A DNA stretch of 28,956 bases, from NCBI GenBank assembly GCA_964633885.1, contig CAZWKH010000001.1, positions 1 to 28,956 on the forward strand. Direction: 5' to 3'. Shown one piece after another: positions 9,224-17,047 of this stretch. Below the pieces are notes generated by a model that was given only the letters and a program-made list of their open reading frames with translations, was not told the DNA's origin and made no database searches. Every line of letters begins with the position of its first letter. Position 1 is the first letter of the stretch. The position numbers and the translations under genes were made by a program. Source of the DNA: an uncultured bacterium. Lineage in GTDB: Bacteria; Eisenbacteria; RBG-16-71-46; JABDJR01.

Positions 9224-11137
9224 ATGATGCACGCCCTTCGACCGATTCTTGCCGCAGCGCTCTTGGCCCTGCTGCTTGCCGCCCCCGTCCGCGCCGATGT
9301 TCCGCCGGTCACCGACGAGGGCATCGCGCAGATCCTCGACGGGGGCCCGCCCGCGGATGCGGTGAAGTTGCGCGCCGCATGGTCCGCGGAACGCGCCGTT
9401 CCCGGCGAGAGCCTCGTCCTGGCGATCGTCGCGGACATGGCCCCGGGTTTCCACATCAACCCCGACCCGGCCCAGGCCGAACCGGTGGGCGACTTCGTGC
9501 CCTATCCCACCTCGGTGCGGGTGGTGGGCGCCTCGGAGGCGCTCACCCTGGAGGCGGCGCGCTTTCCGAAGCCGCATCCGGTGAAGGTGGAGTACGCCGA
9601 GGGCGAGTTGCTCTCCTTCTCCGGCCGGACGATCTTCTACCTGCCCATGCGGGTGGCGGGGGACGCCGCGGCGGGCGGCGCGCTCGAGGTGAGCGTGGAG
9701 GTGGAGTATCAGGCCTGCGACGATGTGAGCTGCCTTCTGCCCAAGGCGGTCACCCTGACCGAATCGATCCCCGTCGCCGCGGCGGGGGAACAGGCGGCGC
9801 CGGTCAACGCGGAACTCTTCGAGGGCCTGGCCGCCACTGCGCCTTCGGCGGGCGCCGACCGGGTGGGCTTCGATCTCTTCGCCTGGAACTTCTCCGTGGA
9901 CGCCTCCACCCGCCTGGGATTCCTGCTCCTGCTGGTGACCGCGATGGTCGGGGGACTCCTCCTCAACTTCACGCCCTGCGTGCTGCCGGTGATCCCCATC
10001 AAGATCATGAGCCTGGCCAACGCGGCGGGGAACCGGCGGCGCATGTTCGCCCTGGGGCTCGTCATGTCGCTGGGGGTGGTGTTCTTCTGGATCGCCCTCG
10101 GGGTGCTGATCGCCGCCGCGAGCGGGTTCACGGCCACGAACCAGCTCTTCCAGTACCCGCTCTTCACCATCGCGGTGGGGGTGGTCATCGCGGTGCTGGC
10201 TGTGGCCATGACCGGCATCTTCTACCTGCAGGTGCCGCGCTTCATCTACGCCTTCAACCCGAGCCAGGAGACCTACACCGGATCCTTCGGCTTCGGGATC
10301 ATGACCGCGGTGCTTTCCACGCCCTGCACCGCGCCCTTCATGGGCGCGGCGGCGGCCTGGGCGGCCACCCGCCCCGCGGGCACGACCCTGGCGACCTTCG
10401 CCGCCATCGGCCTCGGGATGGCCCTGCCCTACTTCGTCCTGTCCACATGGCCCGGACTGGTGAAGAAGATGCCGCGCACCGGCCCTGCGAGCGAGCTGAT
10501 CAAGCAGGTGATGGGGCTCCTCATGCTCGCGGCCGCCGCCTACTTCATCGGAGTCGGGGTGAGCGCCCTCCTGAGCCGCGCCCCCGATCCGCCGGGCCGC
10601 GCCTACTGGTGGCTGGTCATGGTCTTCATCGCCGCCGCGGGGCTGTGGCTCGCCTACCGGACGGTGCGGATCACGCGGCGGACCGGCTCGCGGATGGTGT
10701 TCGCGACCCTGGGCTTTCTGGCCGTGGCCGGCGCGGTGCTCGGGGGAATGCGGCTCACCGACGAGGGGCCGATCGCCTGGGTCCATTACACCCCGGATCG
10801 CCTCGCAGCCGCCCGGGAGCGGGGGGATGTGGTGGTGATGGACTTCACCGCGGAGTGGTGCCTGAACTGCAAGAGTTTGGAGCATGGGGTGCTCCATGCC
10901 CCGGAAGTGGTGGAACTCCTATCCGGCCCAGGGGTTACCCCGGTCAAGGTGGACATCACCGGGCATAACCCCGAGGGCAAGGCCAAGCTCCGGGAGACGG
11001 GAAGGCTGACCATCCCGCTTCTGGTCATCTACGACCCGGAGGGGCGGGAGGTCCTCAAGGCGGACTTCTACACGGTGGACGAGGTAGTTCGGGCGATCCG
11101 GGAAGCCCTCGGGGGGGCGGCCGGCACCCGGCCGTGA
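9224..11137 (+). CDS. dsbD: Protein-disulfide reductase DsbD (alpha, transmembrane beta and thioredoxin gamma domains)
   Basis: Signal peptide; N-domain YQACDDVSCLLP; TM cysteines LLNFTPCVLPVIP and LSTPCTAPFMG; C-terminal thioredoxin DFTAEWCLNCK. Confidence 0.93.
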   Translation: MMHALRPILAAALLALLLAAPVRADVPPVTDEGIAQILDGGPPADAVKLRAAWSAERAVPGESLVLAIVADMAPGFHINPDPAQAEPVGDFVPYPTSVRVVGASEALTLEAARFPKPHPVKVEYAEGELLSFSGRTIFYLPMRVAGDAAAGGALEVSVEVEYQACDDVSCLLPKAVTLTESIPVAAAGEQAAPVNAELFEGLAATAPSAGADRVGFDLFAWNFSVDASTRLGFLLLLVTAMVGGLLLNFTPCVLPVIPIKIMSLANAAGNRRRMFALGLVMSLGVVFFWIALGVLIAAASGFTATNQLFQYPLFTIAVGVVIAVLAVAMTGIFYLQVPRFIYAFNPSQETYTGSFGFGIMTAVLSTPCTAPFMGAAAAWAATRPAGTTLATFAAIGLGMALPYFVLSTWPGLVKKMPRTGPASELIKQVMGLLMLAAAAYFIGVGVSALLSRAPDPPGRAYWWLVMVFIAAAGLWLAYRTVRITRRTGSRMVFATLGFLAVAGAVLGGMRLTDEGPIAWVHYTPDRLAAARERGDVVVMDFTAEWCLNCKSLEHGVLHAPEVVELLSGPGVTPVKVDITGHNPEGKAKLRETGRLTIPLLVIYDPEGREVLKADFYTVDEVVRAIREALGGAAGTRP

Positions 11138-11150
11138 CCAACCGGTCGTT

Positions 11151-11156
11151 TATACT
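11151..11156 (+). promoter_or_regulatory. Putative -10 element TATACT upstream of tlpA
   Basis: TATACT in the dsbD-tlpA gap, with GGAGG SD before ATG 11199. No clear -35. Confidence 0.35.
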
Positions 11157-11198
11157 GTCTCTCCCTCACACGCGTTCGGCCTTTGGACTGGAGGAACC

Positions 11199-11840
11199 AT
11201 GCTGCATCGACTCGCCGTGATCGCCGTCGTCGCCTTCGCCCTCCTGGCAGGGTGCGGAGCCGGCCGGGATACTTCCGACGATTCCTCCGCGCGGCCGGCC
11301 GAGGCCGGGCATGCGGGCTCCCCGGATGCCCGGCTTTCCGCGGCGGCCCCGGCCGGCGACCTGGCCTCCACCCAGGAGACCCCGGCCAGGAGCCCGGGGC
11401 GGCCGGCGGTGGACACCAGCCGCCTCAAGCCCGCTCCCTCGTGGTCTCTGGTCGACCTCTCGGGCAATCCCGTGGAGAGCTCCCAGTTCCAGGGCAAGAT
11501 CGTCATCGTGGACTTCTGGGCGACCTGGTGCGGGCCCTGCCGCAAGGGGATCCCGGAGCTGACCAAGCTCTACGCCGCATACAAGGACAAGGGCGTGGAG
11601 ATCGTCGGGGTCTCGCTGGATCAGCAGGGTCCGGCCGTGGTGAGACCCTTCGTGGCCCAGTACAAGATGAATTACCCGGTGCTGATGGGGACGCAGAAGA
11701 TCGTGAACGATTTCGGCGGAGTGACGGGGATCCCCACCGCCTTCGTGATCAGCCAGGACGGCAAGATCTACAAGAAATATGTGGGCCTCTACCCCGGCTC
11801 GGTCTACGAGCAGGACATCAGGAGCCTGTTGGGGAGCTGA
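11199..11840 (+). CDS. TlpA-family thiol-disulfide oxidoreductase, lipoprotein
   Basis: Lipobox LLAG-C19; VDFWATWCGPC; GVTGIPTAFVISQDG. Confidence 0.92.
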   Translation: MLHRLAVIAVVAFALLAGCGAGRDTSDDSSARPAEAGHAGSPDARLSAAAPAGDLASTQETPARSPGRPAVDTSRLKPAPSWSLVDLSGNPVESSQFQGKIVIVDFWATWCGPCRKGIPELTKLYAAYKDKGVEIVGVSLDQQGPAVVRPFVAQYKMNYPVLMGTQKIVNDFGGVTGIPTAFVISQDGKIYKKYVGLYPGSVYEQDIRSLLGS

Positions 11841-11864
11841 GCCCGGGCCGGAGGAGCCCCGCGG

Positions 11865-13259
11865 CTATCGCGCCGGTCTGCCCTCCCGCGGCGGATCCGC
11901 CGGCGTTCCCTTGACCCCCTCCACATCGCGGGGGATGAGCACGAGGATCTCGGCCTCGCCGGGGTCGCCGGTGCGGCTGCGCACCAGGGTGGCCTTGCGT
12001 CCCCGGAAGGGATCGGTGGAGAGAATCACCGTCTTCTCGTCCTCGGGCTCCTTGCGGAAAGCGCGCACCGCCTCGACCAGCACCGGGTCGGGCCAGACCT
12101 GATCGAAGGGAAGCGCCACCGAGGCCAGGCCCTGGATGCCCAGCTCGTCGCGCAGCGCGCGGCTGACGAAGGCGAGATGGTCCTGGGGGGCGATCCCGGC
12201 CACATAGGTGTGGCCGCCCTCGGCCAGGGCCTCGACCCTCTGCACTCCCGCGCGATGGAAGCGCCGGCGCGTCTCCTCCACCTCGCGATCCTGCTCCAGG
12301 TGCTCCTGGAGGAAGCCGGCCAGGAGGCCCACCTCGTCGTTGCTGACGGGGATGGCCGCCGGACGCGGCCCCGAGGTGCGCGCGTAGTGGATCAGGCGGG
12401 TGAGGCGGCGGATGGGCAGCAGGATCCACTTGGGGGCCGTGAAAGCCACCGCCAGGGCCAGCACCAGGGCGACGAGGATGATGGAAATGAGGTTGCGCAC
12501 GGTCAGCGACAGCGTGCGCTCCAGTCCGGCGCGCTGCAGGGCGAGGTGGCGGGTCGCCTGGATGTAGACCTCGTGGGAGAGATCCTCGATGCGCGCCTCC
12601 GAGCGCATCACCACCTGGAGCAGCGAGTCCGCCTCGGTGCCCGGGCCCAGGGTGACGGTGAGGATGTCGTCCAGGTTGAGCAGGTAGAACCGGGCCTCGC
12701 GCAGCGCCTCTTCGCGATCCCGCGGGTTCGCAGAGCGCTCAGCGCGGCCCCGCAGGGTGAGGAACCGAGTGCGCGCGTCCTCGACCTGCTTGACATGGGA
12801 GAGCACGGTCTGCGGCCGCGGCAGGGGGCCGAGGGCGACCAGGTCGCGCGAGGCGTTCTCGTAGGTGCGCGCGAGGATCAGGACGCGGTCGAACTCCTCC
12901 GGGTCGTAGGGCCAGAGATCGCGGGCGTTCTCCACCACCACGCGCACGAACCCGGCGGCGGCGATGGCGTCCTCGCCGCGGACGGGCTCCCCGGTGTAGA
13001 GGAAGTCAAGGCGCGCCAGGTGGGACTGCGCCAGGGCGAGCTGCACATCGTCCACCATGAGCGACGGATCGACCCCGCCGCCCAGGATGCTGGAGACGGC
13101 CTGGCGGGCGCGGTGGAGCGCCACCAAGGAGCCGGCGACGGGGATCAGCGAGAGGAGCACGAGCAGGATGAGGGTCCACACCAGCTTCGCGCGCACGGTG
13201 AGCGCGCGCTGCCGCGGGAGGACCCGCTCCTGCCAGGGCGTGCTGCTAAGGGGGGCCAT
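11865..13259 (-). CDS. Membrane protein TM-extracytoplasmic helical domain-TM-HAMP-PAS-like, with no catalytic output domain
   Basis: LTVRAKLVWTLILLVLLSL (TM1), a ~200 aa helical loop, ISIILVALVLALAVAF (TM2), ILLPIRRLT...SNDEVGLLA (HAMP), then a PAS-like segment ending EILVLIPRDVE. Starts 2 nt after the ktrA stop. Confidence 0.8.
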   Translation of the reverse strand: MAPLSSTPWQERVLPRQRALTVRAKLVWTLILLVLLSLIPVAGSLVALHRARQAVSSILGGGVDPSLMVDDVQLALAQSHLARLDFLYTGEPVRGEDAIAAAGFVRVVVENARDLWPYDPEEFDRVLILARTYENASRDLVALGPLPRPQTVLSHVKQVEDARTRFLTLRGRAERSANPRDREEALREARFYLLNLDDILTVTLGPGTEADSLLQVVMRSEARIEDLSHEVYIQATRHLALQRAGLERTLSLTVRNLISIILVALVLALAVAFTAPKWILLPIRRLTRLIHYARTSGPRPAAIPVSNDEVGLLAGFLQEHLEQDREVEETRRRFHRAGVQRVEALAEGGHTYVAGIAPQDHLAFVSRALRDELGIQGLASVALPFDQVWPDPVLVEAVRAFRKEPEDEKTVILSTDPFRGRKATLVRSRTGDPGEAEILVLIPRDVEGVKGTPADPPREGRPAR

Positions 13260-13261
13260 GG

Positions 13262-13957
13262 TCAGCGCCCCATCGCTCCGGTGAGAGCGTCGATGGCGTC
13301 CTCGGAGCCGATGACCACAAGCACGGTTCCCTCGGAGAGCGCCTGGTCGGGCTCGGGAAAGCTCGTGACCTCCGTGGTTTCCTGGATCTGCCCCTCGTCG
13401 TCCACCGTGCGCCGCTTGGCGCGCAGGGCGACGACGTTCACTCCGAACCGCTCGCGCAGGTTGAGATCGCGCAGGGTGCGGCCGACCATGTTCGGGTGGG
13501 TGGGCATCTCCGCGACCAGGATCCCTTCCGCGAGGGGGAAGCGTTCGAGGGTCACCGAGGAGACGAGATTGTCGGCGAGCTGGACGCCGTAATCCTCCTC
13601 CGGAGAGATCACCTTGTGCACGCCCACCGCGGCGAGGATGCGGGCGTGGAGCGGGCTGGTGGCGCGGGCGACGATGCGGGGGATCCCCAGCTCGCGCAGG
13701 AGGGCGGAGACGAGGATGTTGGCCTCGCGGTGCTCGCCGATCGCCACCACGCCGGTGGTGAACTCGGCCACCCCCAGAGCCTCGAGGGTGTCCCGGTCGG
13801 TGGCGTCCGCGACCACCGCCCGCGAGACGAACTGCTTGACCTCCTCCACCAGTCTCCCGTTCTTGTCGATGGCGAGGACATCCTGCCGGCGCTCGGCAAG
13901 CCGCCGGGCGACCGGGCCGCCGAATGCGCCGAGACCGATCACGACATAGCGTTCCAT
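13262..13957 (-). CDS. ktrA: Trk/Ktr potassium uptake regulatory subunit (RCK_N + RCK_C)
   Basis: VVIGLGAFG nucleotide-binding motif, AVVADATD, VAIGEHREANIL, VARA...GVHKVISPE, and RCK_C MVGRTLRDLNLRERFGVNVVAL. Confidence 0.93.
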   Translation of the reverse strand: MERYVVIGLGAFGGPVARRLAERRQDVLAIDKNGRLVEEVKQFVSRAVVADATDRDTLEALGVAEFTTGVVAIGEHREANILVSALLRELGIPRIVARATSPLHARILAAVGVHKVISPEEDYGVQLADNLVSSVTLERFPLAEGILVAEMPTHPNMVGRTLRDLNLRERFGVNVVALRAKRRTVDDEGQIQETTEVTSFPEPDQALSEGTVLVVIGSEDAIDALTGAMGR

Positions 13958-14033
13958 GGGTTCTCAGTCCCGCGCCGCGAGAGCGCTCGTATCGGGACTC
14001 CGCGTTCGACGCCCCCGCGCGCCGGCGGGGCGC

Positions 14034-15800
14034 CTACCCGACGAGGATCCTCCCGTCGGGATAACGGTAAAAAGTGCGGGCCCCCGTCTTGCCCACCGCG
14101 AAAGCGAGGGTGAGCGGACCGGTGCGCCCCACGAACATGAGCGTGATGATGATGAGCTGCCCCATGGGTGTCAATGTCGGGGTCACCCCCCGCGAGAGCC
14201 CCACCGTGCCGAACGCCGACACCGCCTCGAAGAGGAGATCCAGATAGTTCTTGTTCGCCTCGAAAAGGAAGAGTCCCATGGCGCCCAGGCCGAGGAGAGT
14301 CCCCGAGAGGAGCGTGACCGACACCGCCCGGAGCAGGGTCTCGTCGGTGATCCGCCGCCCGTAGACCTCCACATCCCGCCGGCCGCGCAACAGCGCCCGC
14401 AGCGAGAGGGCCAGCACCCCGAGGGTGGTGGTCTTGATCCCGCCCGCGGTCCCGCCCGGGGAGCCGCCGATGAACATGAGGACGATCACGATGGTGGCGG
14501 TGATGGGGGCGGCGGCGCCGAGGCTTACCGTGTTGAACCCCGCGGTGCGGCTGGTGACCGACTGGAAGTAGGCGGCCAGGAGCTTGGAGCCGAGCGGGAG
14601 CCCTCCCAGGGAGTTCTCGTAGTCGAAGAAGAAGTAGGCGATGGTCCCCCCCAGGATGAGGAACGCCGTCACGGCGACCACGAGCTTGGTGTGGGTGCGC
14701 TCGCGCCGCCACCAGAGCACGGGGTGGAGGGGGTCCCGGGCCAGGGCCATGAGACTCATCGCCACCGTGAAACCGATGCCGCCGATGAGGACGAGGGTGG
14801 AGACGACGATGCATACCAGCGGATCGCTCACCCACGCGGCCAGGTTGTCGGAGAAGGTCGAGAACCCGGCGTTGCAGAAGGCGGAGACCGAGTGGAAGGT
14901 TCCGTGGTAGAGGGCGGTCAGGAGCGGCATCTGCCGCGTCCAGTACAGGCCGAGGAGGAGTCCCCCCGCGATCTCGGTGATGAAGGTGAAGGCCACGATG
15001 AACTGGAGCAGCTTGGTGATGTCGCGCTTGGCCGTCTCCTCGTAGGCCTCCTCGAGGAGCCCGCGCGAGCCGGCTCCGAAGCTGCGCCCGATGACCAGCG
15101 CCGCCGAGGCGCTCAGGCTCATGATGCCCAGCCCCCCGACCTGGATGAGGAGCAGGATCACCCATTGCCCGAAGGTGGACCAGTAGGTCGGGGTGTCCAC
15201 CACGATGAGGCCGGTCACGCAGACGGCCGAGGTGGAGGTGAAGAGCGCGGTGAGGAAGGGCGCCGACTCCCCGCCCGCCGAGGCCCCCGGGAAGGTGAGC
15301 AGCAGGGTGCCCCCCGCGATGGCGCCGAGGAAGCTCGTGGCGATGGTGCGCGCCGGGCTGCGGGTGACGCCGATCAGGAAGGTGCGCCCGGAGGGCGAGG
15401 TGAGCAGCCGCGCGCCCGCCCGCACCAGCACCCGCAGGGCGAGAAGGAAGCCGATCGCCCAGAAGGTGAGCGGGGTGAGGATGAGCAGCGCGAGCAGCGC
15501 GAGCTCGAGCCAGTGGGTCTTGAAGAAGGGGCCGGCCCGCGGGGTGCCCAGCGCGTCCAGGACGAGCCGAGCCAGCACCAGCGCGAGGAGGAGGATGGCC
15601 ATGGCCTCGCCGACGGGATAGCGCTGCAGGGGGCGGAGCTGGTAGCCCTGGTCCAGAATGATGACGAGGATGAGGACCCACGAAGCGATCCCGGCCCAGC
15701 GGTCGATGCCGCGGAAGCGCCCCGGCGTCAGTTGCAGGGACCGGCGCAAGCGGTGGGGGAGGGAGCCGCCTCCCTCCGGTTTGCGATCCTCTTGGGGCAA
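14034..15800 (-). CDS. ktrB: TrkH/KtrB potassium uptake membrane subunit with an N-terminal membrane extension
   Basis: LFTSTSAVCVTGL, LIQVGGLGIM, SVSAFCNAGFS, FQSVTSRTAGFNT, MFIGGSPGGTAGGIKTTT, EAVSAFGTVGLSRG, MFVGRTGP. TTG start after a GGAGG SD. 588 aa. Confidence 0.95.
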   Translation of the reverse strand: MPQEDRKPEGGGSLPHRLRRSLQLTPGRFRGIDRWAGIASWVLILVIILDQGYQLRPLQRYPVGEAMAILLLALVLARLVLDALGTPRAGPFFKTHWLELALLALLILTPLTFWAIGFLLALRVLVRAGARLLTSPSGRTFLIGVTRSPARTIATSFLGAIAGGTLLLTFPGASAGGESAPFLTALFTSTSAVCVTGLIVVDTPTYWSTFGQWVILLLIQVGGLGIMSLSASAALVIGRSFGAGSRGLLEEAYEETAKRDITKLLQFIVAFTFITEIAGGLLLGLYWTRQMPLLTALYHGTFHSVSAFCNAGFSTFSDNLAAWVSDPLVCIVVSTLVLIGGIGFTVAMSLMALARDPLHPVLWWRRERTHTKLVVAVTAFLILGGTIAYFFFDYENSLGGLPLGSKLLAAYFQSVTSRTAGFNTVSLGAAAPITATIVIVLMFIGGSPGGTAGGIKTTTLGVLALSLRALLRGRRDVEVYGRRITDETLLRAVSVTLLSGTLLGLGAMGLFLFEANKNYLDLLFEAVSAFGTVGLSRGVTPTLTPMGQLIIITLMFVGRTGPLTLAFAVGKTGARTFYRYPDGRILVG

Positions 15801-15838
15801 GGGATACCCTCCGGGAGACCGGGTGGAAAACCGGCTGC

Positions 15839-15867
15839 AGTCTAGGTAAGGAACGGCGCGGGGTCAA
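15839..15867 (-). promoter_or_regulatory. Sigma70-type promoter of the ktrB-ktrA-sensor operon
   Basis: Minus strand TTGACC (15867-15862), 17 bp spacer, TAGACT (15844-15839). Confidence 0.7.
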
Positions 15868-15871
15868 ACTC

Positions 15872-16522
15872 ATGGGCGGGAAGGATCTGGCAAACCGGGT
15901 GGAGGGCTTCGTCCTGGCGGGCGGCCGGTCGAGCCGCTTCGGGACCGACAAGGCCCTGGCCCTGGCCGGCGGGGTGCCTCTCCTCTCCCGCGCTCTGGGG
16001 GAACTGGCGGCCCTGGGGATCCGGGCCAGGATTGTCGCCCCCGACCCGGTCCCCTACGCCGCGCTGGGCGCGGAGGTGGTCTCCTCGGAGCGGCCGGGGC
16101 TGGGCCCCGGCGAGGCCCTGCGGGCCCTTCTGCGGGTCTGCGCCGCCCCCTGGGCGCTGGTCCTGGCCACCGACATGCCGGGAGTGGACGCCGGGGTGAT
16201 CCGGGCGCTGGCCGCCGGCCTCCCCCGGGAAGAGCCCCCCGAGGGCCCGGCCGCGGTCTGCTTCGGCGAGGCCTCGGGGCGCCGCCACCCACTGCCGGGG
16301 CTCTATCACCGGTCCCTCGGGGGGCTCCTCGAGACCCTTCCCGGGGATGTCTCCCTGAGGGGGGTCCTGGAGGAGGCCTCGCCGCGGATCCTCCCCGCCG
16401 ATCCGGAGGATCTCGCCCCCCGCCTGGCCAACCTGAACACGCCGCTGGACATGGAGCGGTTCGAGCGCCTGCGGCCCCGGCTGGCGGCCTTCCCAGGCCC
16501 CGGCGGGCCAGAATCCGATTGA
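15872..16522 (+). CDS. mobA: Molybdenum cofactor guanylyltransferase MobA
   Basis: FVLAGGRSSRFGTDKA, GPGEAL, LVLATDMP, RRHPLPGLY and LANLNTPLD motifs. Confidence 0.9.
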   Translation: MGGKDLANRVEGFVLAGGRSSRFGTDKALALAGGVPLLSRALGELAALGIRARIVAPDPVPYAALGAEVVSSERPGLGPGEALRALLRVCAAPWALVLATDMPGVDAGVIRALAAGLPREEPPEGPAAVCFGEASGRRHPLPGLYHRSLGGLLETLPGDVSLRGVLEEASPRILPADPEDLAPRLANLNTPLDMERFERLRPRLAAFPGPGGPESD

Positions 16523-16547
16523 CACTCCCGGAGGCCCGACCTAGACT
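16519..16547 (+). promoter_or_regulatory. Sigma70-type promoter of the nuo operon
   Basis: TTGACA (16519-16524, overlapping the mobA stop codon), 17 bp spacer, TAGACT (16542-16547). Confidence 0.8.
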
Positions 16548-16557
16548 GGCGCGTCGT

Positions 16558-16575
16558 TTGTGCAAAGTTTCACAA
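16558..16575. promoter_or_regulatory. Rex-type operator (palindrome TTGTGCA-AAGT-TTCACAA)
   Basis: One mismatch to the Rex consensus TTGTGAA-N4-TTCACAA. AT-rich in a very GC-rich background, and 10 nt downstream of the -10 element (a repressor position). CRP/FNR-family TGTGA-N6-TCACA sites have the same geometry. Confidence 0.7.
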
Positions 16576-16648
16576 GTGAATCCCCCGCAGTAGGTTGCCG
16601 GTAGGGGACCCCCGCCGGACCGGGGCCGGGGACTTCCGAAGAGCACCT

Positions 16649-17047
16649 ATGGCAACAGACTACGTACCCATTCTGGTCATGCTGGTCCTGACGAGCGCCT
16701 TCTCCGTGATCGCGCTGGTGCTCGCCTGGTTCCTGGGGCCCTCCAAGCCGGACGCCTCCAAGAACGCTCCCTATGAGTGCGGCATGCCGCCGGTGGGCGA
16801 CGCGCGGGAGCGATATAGCGTCCGCTTCTATGTCGTGGCGATGCTCTTTATCGTCTTCGATCTGGAGACGGTCTTCCTGTATCCATGGGCCGTCATCTTC
16901 CGCCAGCAGGCGATGTTCTTCTTCCTGGAGATGCTGGTCTTCCTGGGCATCCTGCTGGTGGGGTACATCTATGTCTGGCGGATGGGGGCCCTGGACTGGA
17001 GCTCCCACAAGGACCAGGTCATCTGGGGGACCAAGCATGAAGCCTGA
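16649..17047 (+). CDS. nuoA: NADH-quinone oxidoreductase subunit A
   Basis: KNAPYECG, FYVVAMLFIVFDLETVFLYPWA, YVWRMGALDW. Start at ATG 16649. Confidence 0.96.
   Translation: MATDYVPILVMLVLTSAFSVIALVLAWFLGPSKPDASKNAPYECGMPPVGDARERYSVRFYVVAMLFIVFDLETVFLYPWAVIFRQQAMFFFLEMLVFLGILLVGYIYVWRMGALDWSSHKDQVIWGTKHEA

Noticed and set aside
9224-11840. dsbD-tlpA pair as a novel system
   Set aside because: This is a standard extracytoplasmic thiol-reduction module with canonical Cys motifs.
15801-15838. Possible c-di-AMP (ydaO) riboswitch before ktrB
   Set aside because: The predicted promoter leaves only about a 30 nt leader, too short for that RNA.
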